In this document: positions 35,906-47,100 of the stretch, piece by piece | Layout of the letters: each line of letters starts with the position of its first letter | Numbering within the stretch: the stretch's first letter is position 1 | Source: Oculina patagonica | Taxonomy: Eukaryota | Reading direction: 5' to 3' | NCBI RefSeq assembly: GCF_052425735.1 | Contig: NC_135764.1 | Location: forward strand, 25,296,001-25,360,000 | Length of the DNA: 64,000 nt | Made by a program: the position numbers and the translations under genes | The notes under the pieces: model-generated | What the model saw: the letters and a program-made list of their open reading frames with translations, nothing else | The model's database searches: none | Told to the model about the DNA's origin: nothing

Positions 35906-38900
35906 TTAAAGGCTTCCAAGCCAGTACTGAGTTGTGGAACTCATTGAGGAGGTGCAGCGGAAATCGGGACTGATGATGTGGTAAAAACCAAAGCTGTCTT
36001 CACTCTTTATTCCTCCTGTTAAATCACATCCTGCATTCGAGCTATACCAATGATCGACATGAAAGCCATAATTGGAATTGTAGGCAGCCCAAACTGTGCA
36101 GTCGGTACACTGGTTTCCACGGATATTGATATACTCGGAAAGCATACAGGACCCTCCTCCGTTTAGTTCCACTAGCAAATCCAAACTTTCCAGCGACACA
36201 CGAATATAATCTCGGTAATCCACGCCATCAGTCGGGAAATTACAAGTGGCTCGCCAGTGAGAGGAAACATCCCGGATGGACTGCATACGGGACATTGATA
36301 GGCGGTAGTTGTCCCATTCATGCGCATCTTGGTTGATTGGCATGTCGTGCAGGTAGAACGCCTTGTCCTTGAACGCGTCATTGTTTTGCAAAGAGTGGGA
36401 CTGGATGAGAGTCCACGCGAAGCCAGGCTCGGAACCAAAGTCGCAGTAGACTGGGAATGAATTGCTGTGTTCGTCCACAATGTGGTAGATCCCATTTGTT
36501 GTAACTTTGTTCAGCGTCATGATTTCGTTGCATGATCGCCGAGGCGGAAATTGACATCTGTGTCCCATGAAGCCTGGAAGACACGTGCAGTTGTATCTTC
36601 TTTTGCTGACATCACACACGTCACGACAGGTGCCGCCATATTGGCAGGGGGCGGAGTCACAGCAATGGCTTTTACAGTCTGGATCAGAACAGGTCTGTTG
36701 GTGAACTCCCTATAAAGAAGAAGAAAAAATGAGAAATAATTTTGTAGCATTGCGGTCCGGTCTCAGTGCGCAATCCGCCTGATGTCTATCGTTGTATACC
36801 TTTTATTTTCTACAATTAGATGGTTCTTCAAGCTAGGCTTACTATTTTCACATGTGATTGAATTTTGACTTGTTGAAAGTTTTTTTTGTTTCATTTGGCG
36901 GCATTGCACTGCGTGTAACACCAACAACATCTTTTTATCAAGGCCGTCACCAGACTTTTGAACAAGACAAGGCAAAAGTTGTGAGTGTCTAAGGCACGGG
37001 CCGCTTGTGGGAGCTGATCAGAACAGGTCTGTTGGGGAACTCCCTAAAACAACTAATTTTTCCGTTTTTAGACTTAGGCCCCGTCCACACTGAAACGGCG
37101 TTTTCGGTCACCGAAATCGGAGCTTTTCAAAAACGCTCACCAATGAGCGTTTGGACTTGGAGCGTAAAATAGTGTATTTTTGTATTTTATTGTAAATAAT
37201 TTTAGAGGGCCACTGGTTTGTTAGTATTTTTTATGTTATTTTAGTGCTACCCACGTTAAATAAAGACTTTACTTTTACTTTTACTTACTAATGAAGCGTA
37301 AAGTTTTCAAATTTACCCGGGTTAATGTGGACGGAAAACATTTTACGCGGCGTTTTCAAATTTCTCCGTTTTCAAATTTACCCGGGTCAGTGTGGACGGG
37401 GCCTTAGAACTGTTATCTTAGTGCAAAATTGTAGCCACGATCGTTAAACATGGCGAATCAGTGCCTGCGTTAGGGGCGAATTAGACAGTACGGTTTGGCC
37501 TACGATTATCGTATACGACACGCCTACGCCATGACTACAATACGAATCGCGTCAACCTTCCACATCCTTACGACAGAGGCGCGCGAATGTGTTAATGGTC
37601 CCAAGCCATGCCGTAGGCCTGTCGTAATCTTGTTGCATGCTGGTAGGTACCAAGCTGAGAATTTTTTTCTTGTTCCTCCTGGGAGACTCGCCTCCTTCAA
37701 TTCTAAACATTTCAGTGAGTGTATAAATAAAAACTACAAATGAATGAAAGATAAGGCAGGTGCATTTCAAGACGCACATAATCAGTGAGCTTTGTAAGGC
37801 GCCAGTTTTGTTTCGTTTTGTTAAAAAGGTTGTCCACGCTGATCTGGATAAATTTGAAAACGGATAAAATGTTTTCCTTCCATACTAGTCCGGATAAATT
37901 TGAAAACGATACGCTACATTGCACGCAACGTTACAATGCACGAGCAAAGTTGTGGTAAAGCTAATTAATCCTTTTGTTTTTGACAGAGATAACATGACTA
38001 TGTCGATTTTACTGAACGCAGCCCATTGTTTTTTTAGTTTTTGGCTTACTAAAACATCATTTCGATGCCCTTGTAAATTCTATACAGCTAAAGACACTTT
38101 CAATTTCAGAGTTTCAGCGAGGGGTTTTTTCGTACATAGCACCCGCGAGCTTCAGCCCTAAAGTGGGTAAAAAGTCTAACCTTAAAATGTTCGTACTTAT
38201 TGGCCAAAAATTTAAATTAAACCCTTAAAAACAATCTCTATAGTGACTTAAATGATGATAAACACGCTTTCATTGAATGTTTTCGACCTATTCTTGGTTT
38301 TCACGTGACGTCATCAAAATTCTAAAATCCAGAATCGCAAGTCTCCTGAGTTTTTATTCTTCACTGGCTATTAGACTTCCTTAATATATATATCTTGTTG
38401 AAGGTTTTTAGCTCGATAGCATTCGCCGTCTTTAAGATAGAGCATTTTGAATTTCGGAGTTTCACGCCATACGAGATCAAAGATGGCCGCCAGAAGGCTG
38501 TCACGTTCTCTTTAAAATGCCTCCTCTTGCGATTTTTAACAATTTGAACAGTTGAAGTTTTGCGAGAAGTGTTCATGTGAATGTTTACTTGTTTATGAGG
38601 GTGATCTGACCGCTTTTTGTAGCAGAACTTAATGCCAGATGTTTTCATAGATTTCCGAACGCCATGTTGGAGTCAGCTGGACTCCAGCATGGCGTTTCCG
38701 TACTGTGCTCTCTAAATTTGCGCAAAACATTTTGTCGGATAACTCGATTATGGAATAACACACAGACCTGAGACTTGAACAAAAATTTTATATAATAATT
38801 TTCTACAACCTGTAATATTCTTGAATTTTTTGACTCAATAGCTTTATTCGTTTAGTTTTAGAATTAACAGGCGCTAAGTGAAGTGGATTCTTATATCATC

Positions 38901-40853
38901 TTCAGGGAAGATTTATTGAGACATTATATCCAAAATTATGCTATAAATTCTTCTGCAGAAAGTAGCATAGAAACGTTTTACAAGACGGAGATGTTTATGG
39001 TTAATTATTTATTGCACATTCTTAAAGTATCGGGGGGTTAAAAATGAATATGGAATACTGGCTTGAAATTGTCAATATAAAAACTTTTCTTAAAATCTTA
39101 AAGGGGATTGATCGTTTAAAATTTTAAGCCGAGGAAAAATGGATATTCGTCACAGAAAAAATAAATATTGAATATGGACCAGATAGTAAGAAAAGCTAAG
39201 AGTAATGAATAACAAGTTACGAATAACGGATAGTCATGAATATAGACTCCGAGGAAAGAAACAACAACAAATGTACTGCTAAAATTACGATTTTCTACGA
39301 AACATTGGCCTTGACTACATTTTATTGAAACGAAAGACAAGGACAAACTGAGGTGCAAAACATACTGGCACGGTGCTCAGAAGTAAAGAACACTTTTGAA
39401 AATCCGGCGCTTTTGACAAGAATTGACGGGCGGCAAAGTTATCATAGCTTTGACAGTGCTATGAAGACTATGAAGCGCAATCTTATTTTTATCCTATCTG
39501 TACTGTAATATCATGTTACTGGTCGTTGCCATTTCAAATGTTACTACACTGAAGAGGACCGTTAAGGTTGAAAGGCCTATGTAGTTTATTAAAATCGTAG
39601 CCTGTATGGCGATACACAATTTGTTCTTCTTAGTATATTTGAATCTTATTTTTAGAGCTGTGTAATTTCAGCTTATGATCAATTGTTTTTTATTTTGTAG
39701 CTATGGTGAGAATCTCCTGATTTAAGGGCCCGACAGCACGCACAGAGATTTAAAGTCGTTTATCTTAATTTATAAAGAGCCTTTGGCTCTGATCGAAAGC
39801 CTTCTTTAGTGGATATATTTGGGTTAGTGATCGAGTGATCGGGGGTTTACCTCACACAAGAAGTTTCTAAGTTTAGGTTGTGTTGGTTAATAAGTCAAGT
39901 GTTTGTATTTGAAGGATTTGTTCCCATGGTAAATGAACTTGGTTTGGACCTCCATAAAGGTTGCTGTTATAGTTTCGTGTCCTATTAATTTTAATTCTTC
40001 CGAATTTGTCATTGGTCGTTTACTTTTTATTTTGGTTTTTCATGTAGGTTTGTTTGTATTTCCTTCCTAAGTTTATAGTCTCGGGAATGTCTCACGTTTT
40101 CCAAGGTCACAGAGATTCGAACCCAAACATGTCTACAATTTTACTTTATAGTTATTGAACCTTCGAGGTTGAAATTAGTAGAGTTTTCAAGAAGTGAGTA
40201 GCCAGACGCAGCTGAAGAAAAAAAAAGAAGTTACTCAGAAGATCTGCTTATAGTCTTGGTTACCTCTGGCAAAGCTTTTCTCCTAAAGACACTCTAACAA
40301 CAGAAACCAAAGATAGCCTTTAAACAGGTGCATGCAAGTCACATTTGGCACAAATTTACCAGTAAAAAACAACCGTTGTCACCTTCGATATACGGTCAAA
40401 GGTATCGCAAAGACGGCCTTTGACACCTGGGGTTTTCGTGCAGGGTAAACTTAAACACAGAAAAGCATTAAAAAATCTTACGTTTTTGTCGTAATAATTC
40501 CTCACTGGTTCGTAATAGACGACTCCTTCTTTTTCTCTCAGTGCTTCTGGTGCCAGTTTAGTGTTAGCATCGTTTAGCTCACAGTTTTCAGTTGTGTTGA
40601 CCTCGATGAAGTTGAACGAGAGACACTGACAATTCTTCAAGCATATGTTAAAACATTGTTGCCAGCTCCAAAGTGAGCTAAACTTCTCAATAACATACCC
40701 AACAAGAGCAAAATTCTGTTTGGTGTCGGTAGCGAGGGAGAAAGACACTTTCTCGCAAATTCCATTTGTACAATGACTTTTGGACTTGTAAACGGCAAAC
40801 AGCAGCACAAGGTAGCACAACATGAACTTATGATCACCTTTCATGTTAAACAT
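35906..40853 (-). CDS. Secreted PAN/apple + EGF + fibrinogen-like (FReD-related) domain protein, 2 coding exons
   Basis: Exon 1, 40853-40482: hydrophobic N-terminus and CFNICLKNCQCLSFNF...CELN (PAN/apple); donor AAC|GTAAG, phase 0. Exon 2, 36709-35906: CDSAPCQYGGTC...YNCTCLPGFMGHRC (EGF), then RSC..I...NGIY.I...VYCDF..GFAWTLIQ (fibrinogen-like N-subdomain). The start Met may be a downstream one. Confidence 0.82.
37077..37403. mobile_element. Harbinger-like MITE
   Basis: TTA|GGCCCCGTCCACACTGA ... TCAGTGTGGACGGGGCC|TTA. Confidence 0.8.
39543..39585 (+). ncRNA. Minimal type I hammerhead ribozyme (Penelope-like element type)
   Basis: Stem I ACTACA/TGTAGT; core CTGAAGA plus one extra G; stem II GACC-GTTAA-GGTT; GAAA; palindromic minimal stem III AGGCCT; CUA cleavage triplet. 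Confidence 0.7.
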
Positions 40854-41157
40854 GGTGATTTATATTAGCTGTCGACGTTAACTGCCGGCAGAAAGAGGTA
40901 GTTTGAATTAATAGAAATGAACTAGGTGGTGCCGAGATAAATGCAGAATGTCACATATAATGCCGGAAACAGGTGTTTGCATTGTTAGCTGGTATTTCAA
41001 ATGAAGCCGAGGAATAACAAAACTAAGGAATAACAAAACCGGTAATCTGGAAGGTCATGGGTTCGACTCCCGTTGGGGAACTCGGAAAAAAATTTTCCGA
41101 GTATTCGACTTGAAAACGCTTCTTCATTTATTTTCACTTTATCCAAGTCACCATTAA

Positions 41158-41739
41158 CCCTATTTAGACCGGGCTTTTTTTGGTCTTTTCAGACCGGGGG
41201 GGGGGCGGATTCCGCCCCCCCTCCGTAACTTCCAGAATATTTAAGCAATCACAATGAAACTTACAGGATATATAGTATGTCCCAAAATCTATCTTTTGGT
41301 ATATGTCACGTGGGATGATGACGTCACATCACGTGACAATTACATCATAATGTCAAAACAGCCGCCATCTTGGATCCGCCATCTTGGATTTCGAAATTTT
41401 TTCAAAACGTCAGAAAACCGCCCAAAATTACTGGAAATACTCAAAACCATTAAAATGTGCTTAAAACCCGTAAACAGGCGAAAATAATTGCTTTAAAGTT
41501 ATTTTTCATTAACAGAAACACGAAAATTACAAATTTGGGAAAACATGCCTGTCAAAATGCCGTTGCCATGGTGACGTCAAGTTCCTGACACAACAAAATA
41601 CCCTACCAAATTATTCCCAGATAAATTTTAGGTAAAGTCGCAAAGTTTGGCAGCGTTTGGTTGAATATTAAAAAAGTTATAAGCGTTCAAAGTCGGCGCG
41701 GGCACTTTCCGCCCCCCCCCCCCCCCGGTCTGGATAGGG
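41158..41739. mobile_element. piggyBac-like MITE
   Basis: TTAA|CCCTATTTAGACCGGG ... CCGGTCTGGATAGGG|TTAA. Confidence 0.8.
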
Positions 41740-42194
41740 TTAAAACTGACAGGGTTTTGCGAAAGCTCCAACCTTGCATGGTGAAACTCGGGCAAGTGTT
41801 TAAGGTGTAGAGCGACGACAGTAAATAACACATTTAACCGATTTTCCGAAAAAAAAAATCAAATCAATTATCGTAATAACTTTTCCGGCTATTCAATTAT
41901 TTTATACCACTAACGCCGGACATATTCACACGTTCATTTAAAACCGATTTATAGTAAACCATTTCAGGAGGAATTTTACTCCTTGCAATTTTATGCGCTT
42001 CATAGAGTATTTAACGAAACATTCAAAATGGCGCTTTTCTTTTTCAAATATCTATTTTAGTTCCAGAGATATTTAAGCTTAGAAAACTTTTAAAACATGC
42101 AAATCAGGGGACTAATGACGTCATCTACTCAACCCAATTTTATGAAACCAAATTGATTGCAAGGCTGGTACAACGGCAGGAGAGCAAGATTTAT

Positions 42195-42237
42195 TGGCCA
42201 ATATTTCAACTAGCAGAGCTAGTCTTCTTCAGGGCCA
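42195..42237 (-). ncRNA. Minimal hammerhead ribozyme in an inverted Penelope-like terminal repeat (arms ~42145-42243 and ~42650-42750)
   Basis: Minus strand TGGCC-CTGAAGA-A-GACTAGC TCT GCTAGTT-GAAA-TATT-GGCCA. The mirror copy on + at ~42657-42699 has CTAAAGA (core mutated). Confidence 0.65.
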
Positions 42238-44092
42238 GTACTATAATATAAGGAAAATAACGGCTCTAATATTTGAATTTGGATAATACAGTGTGGGTTA
42301 ATGTTTAACTAATACAAGCTATATAAAGATATACGGTCAACCGAAATATTGGGCCAAAATAAATTTATAACATCAGTCCCTAGCTGTTTGATCAGCCCTG
42401 CATTTAAAGTTTGTTTATTAAGTCTACTGCTGATCCTGATCTACACCAAGATCCGGCTACAATTTGCTCCTGTTTGTCAGAGTGGTCCTTGCATAGTTAC
42501 AGAAGTCAAAGATATACGGTGACAAGATATATAAACATGTAGAACGCGGAAAACACTAATAATAGTAATAATAATAATAAAATTGAAAAAATCAAAAATA
42601 ATGAAATTGTCAATGTTCATTTCTACGGTTAATACCATTAGGCGCAAGAATAGTACTGGCCCTAAAGAAGACTAGCTCTGCTAGTTGAAATATTGGCCAA
42701 TAAATCTTGCCCTCCTGCTGTTGTACCAGCCTTGCAATCAATTTCGTTTTATAAGCACTTAGAGTGACGTCTGGTACGATCATTTCTTAAACAAGAGATC
42801 CGGAAGCAGACAAGCCAAGCAGTTTTTCTTCGTTGCGTGGTCCCCTGCATCCAAACTGTTTTTTTTTTTTCCAAGTTTATGTCAAGTACAAAAATTGAGT
42901 TATCTCGGTTATTTTTCTGCAGAGACCAATGTTATTTGGCAGATCTAGACTAATAGTTCTACAGGTGACACACTTACAGTTATAATAAAATTATGTTACC
43001 ATGGCAATTCACTCTTTTCCTGTTCCCACCAATTTGTTTTTTATATTTTAAAATTTTCAGTTCGGAAAAATGACACCCGGCCAAGACGTCCGCCTAATCC
43101 ATTCAGATGCTTGCCAGATCACGCTATGTAAAAGCATCATTGGCAAATATCACAAAAGAATGCCACAAATGCCCAGAAAAGCCTTTAGCATCGAGGAGAT
43201 CTGGAACCTAGTATGTCGCCATGGAAACCAACTTGTTAAATTCATATTGTGAAACACAACTAGCAGAATGTTACTGTAAAGAATCAGAGACTTCCGATAC
43301 AAATTGGCTGAGATGTCACTTTCTTCGTATTTGATCAGAATTTGGTTGAATCTATGACGTCGTTACTTTGCTTATTTGCACTTTTTAAAAACTTGAATCT
43401 CTCCGAAAAAAAAGAGATATTGGAAAACAGTAAACGGCATTTCCCCTCTCATATAGAGTACTTGTTAATATTTTAAAACGGCCACGAAAGGAAAGATGCG
43501 AATTTCATCATAGTAGCACTTAAAATTTGTGAAAATACCTATACAAAAAGGCCAAACTGACAGGGAAAAGTTTTCCGGAAAACGCTTAAACTTGATGCGT
43601 TTTTAGCACTTTAGCGTCATTTTAAAGGAAAATAAGAAATAACTTCTTTCACTGCATAGCCCAACATCCCTTCCCAAAAAAAGCGGGTATACTTGTAACA
43701 AAAAGGCCGTAAAGCAAAACTATAAATAATGATAATAGGATTGAGCAATCTTTCGTTCGGTTTGTTATCGTATAAATGACAAACTACACGTTTTTCATTG
43801 GTTTTCTTTTCTTTTTTTTTTTTTTTTTTTCCAAGCGCTGTCTCGTAATCGTTGACACAGACCGATCACACAGGCCCGTGATCATGTCTGTGTACTGAAT
43901 TAAATAGAACTTATCAAATATTTAATTTGTCTCTTTCGTTTGTACTTTGTCTCAACCCTTTCAAACTTTCCAAGAGTATTTTGCTTCGTGTTTTTCGCGA
44001 CGATTTTTTTGTTTTGGGCATATTTGCCCCCAGGCCCCGAGCAAAAGTCGTCTCGACCCAGTCCTTTCATTGTTGACGCCATGTTGCCTGAT

Positions 44093-44106
44093 GTTGCCTT
44101 AGAAAC
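44093..44106 (+). promoter_or_regulatory. RFX X-box-like motif upstream of CFAP210
   Basis: GTTGCCTTAGAAAC, 45 bp upstream of the ATG, resembles the X-box GTTGCCATGGCAAC typical of ciliary genes. Confidence 0.5.
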
Positions 44107-44150
44107 GAAGGCAAACTCCAGAGCCACTGCAAGAAGAACTTTCAACCAAA

Positions 44151-47100
44151 ATGGCGTCGAGAATCATGCATGGGCGGCGAGAAGGCCAAACAAGAGGTAA
44201 TTCCTTCTCGTTAGCGCTTACTTTTTGATTGATTTATCGAATTTAACTATTTTTCTACCTTTTTGTTCATTAAGAAATGGGTGGAACAAATATAAGTGTC
44301 GTTCCTGAAGGAGTTGACCCGAGAGAGGTGAGCGTTCAAGCAAGTCGAAACTAGCTCCTAGAAATCTGTTGTTCAGTTTTTGATTTCGTCTGGTAAAAAA
44401 AATCTCTCATGACCAGCGTACAATGATTGTTTGTAGGTTACAGTTCTCCAGCCAGAAGCGTGGAGGCGGATACAGAATAGTCTTTCGCGTTACAACGAAG
44501 AACAAATGCGATTGCAAGCGAAGAAGCAAGAAAGAGAAGAACTCCATGCTCTCTCGAAGGAGTCAGTAAGACATTGGGAAAATACCATAGAGGTTTGATC
44601 CTTTCCTATCTATTATCTTCTGGCATAGGTATAATTTAGAAAGCTGTTGTCAAGAAAAGTGAAGTAACGAATAAAGTTATGGGAAAATTCTCGAAAGCTA
44701 AATTAAGCTTAAGTTGCTTCTGTGTAGTGCAAAGTCTCTGTTTCCCAAATAGAAAGTGAATTTTTTACTTAAATTTAGATCTCATTCTTATCACAACATG
44801 TTATTACAGGGGCAAAGACTGAAGAAGCTACAAGCTCGGAAACTGAGAGAAGAGAAGGAGGAGGTTAGATAGATCAAATTGTGATTGTTTAGTTTATTGC
44901 TACATGTACATGTCTGCTGAAGACAAATACATGTAAGACTAGTATACGTGACTCGCACGGCCTCGCGAAGTTCCGGTTTTAACCGGTGATTTGTTATTGT
45001 TGCTTAGTAACGGGCATGGCCGCGTCACCCTCGTTCCCAGGGTCTACTCCGCTTGAAGATGGCGACTCTTTCTGGTTCGTAAAGAGGTATAAAGCGTTGG
45101 GAAGCGCAGGCTATTTTCAAAATCATCGCAATATTGGATAGTCGCATTTTGGACATTTATTTGAGGGCATTAAAATAAAAAGAAGAACGAAAGGCAGGAG
45201 GATTCGAACCCTCCGCCCGCGCGCCCCTGATGGCGATGAAAGGTTTAAGCATAAGGGAGTATATGTGGAAATCAGTGTTATTTTAATCCGAAAAGTAAAA
45301 CGATAAAAATGAAAGGCTCAGGATTCGAGCCCACAAAAAAAAAAAAAAAACCCTAGCCGGATTCGAACCCCCGGCCTCAGTCCCGAAGATCTGATTTCAA
45401 GTTCGACGCCTCACACCATTAGGCCACCAGCGCGCGGCCGTGTGACGTCATTTCCGCCAGACACCAAGCTCACAAATATATATATATATATGACCGTAAA
45501 CTCCACACGAGATTTTATCCCGCCTGAGCCCTTTGAGGGACAAAATTATACACCCCGCTACGCTCGGCCTTCGGCCTCGCTTCGCGAGGAATAAATAGTC
45601 CACAAAAGTTGATTTAAATTGCTGGATAATTCCAATGTATGTATATTTCAGTAGTCCACAGATACTACTATAACAAGCTCTAGCCATGTAATAATTAACA
45701 ATTATTGGACGAGGTTTAGCAAAATGTTGTGATTTGCCAGTGGAGAGCCAATCAATTATTTGCCGAAGCCCAAGATTGAGGAAAATAATTGAACTGCAAG
45801 ACACTGACAAATCACAATATTTTGTGATAACGTGCCAGTTCAATGACTGTTTTATCATTTGATCTCAGGGATTGGTTTTGGTGTAAATCTGTTTCTTACC
45901 CCTTATAGACTGCTCTGAGTAATGAACTGCCATTTTTCAGAGAAGTAGACTCAACAATGCATGTGCAGAATAAATTATTAATTGCAGCAAAATCACTGTC
46001 CGTGATGTGCAAGCTGGGCAGACCATTATTCGTCTAGCAGTTATTTGCAGATCACAAAGCTCACTCCAGAATTACATCATCCCTTAGTCCTTTCTGTACA
46101 GGCATCACAGTGTGTTCAAACTTTAGACAGATGCCTACGATGTATTCTCCCAGTAATGGCCCCATTGGTTTATAAGATATTTATGATAAGTACATTGACT
46201 GTGAAAAAAAATCATTTAACAGGAGGAGAAAGTAAAGATTGACATAGAAGAAGCTAAGCACCAGGCTCAGAAAAGAAAGGAGGCCATCGAAAGAGCAAAG
46301 ACCCTTCAATACTACCAGACTGATAGAGTGAAGACTTTCCATGTAAGAACTATATAATTAATATCTTTCTTACACTTTTTACTAATGAGAGTCCTGAGGA
46401 AATTTCAAATACAAATACGACTGACCATTTGCATAATTGGAACAACAACTCTAATACTACATATGGGAAATAATACACTCAGTCTGTCCCTTTTAAACCT
46501 TTGTTTAACTGAAGATTTTTAGCACTTCGTGACTCGGCTGTCATCAAACAATGTTAAAAGCCCCTTCTCTGCATACATGTACAGTGTAATTTCCTGACTG
46601 TGCATTTCTTTGATCCTCTTCTTTTCAGGGTGCCTTGCTTCTAACAGAGGTTCTTAAAGAGAGAGATGCTCAGATTGAAATGAAAAATGGCAAGCTCGAT
46701 GCTGACAAGATTAGAGAGGCACATCTGCTGAGACTACAACAAAGGGTAAGTGACATGCTGGTTGAATATATCCACCCTAAATGTGCATTTGTACCTTCAT
46801 ACAGAGGCGTGTTACAGCTGTACCATTACCAGACTCTACAGTACCGCTCAGAAATGAGTGAGCTACAATATTGTAAATAAACTACAATATTGTAAAAAAT
46901 TTACAGTCATGCAAATAAAGCGTCTTGTTGTTGTTGTTGTCATTCACATATACTCGTATAAATATATTCCTTGCCAAATGAAATAAAGTACATGTAGCAG
47001 AGTGAGAAAAATTTAAAAGAGCGGAAAGATTGCGTGACAAGCCAAAAGAACGTCTGCATAGAAGGCTACTCTTGATCAAGTAGGGCGAAATTTGCATATA

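Noticed and set aside
43900-44082. Divergent gene starting MASTMKGLGRDDF opposite CFAP210
   Set aside because: Good ATG context, but no canonical donor, no recognisable homology and no downstream exon found.
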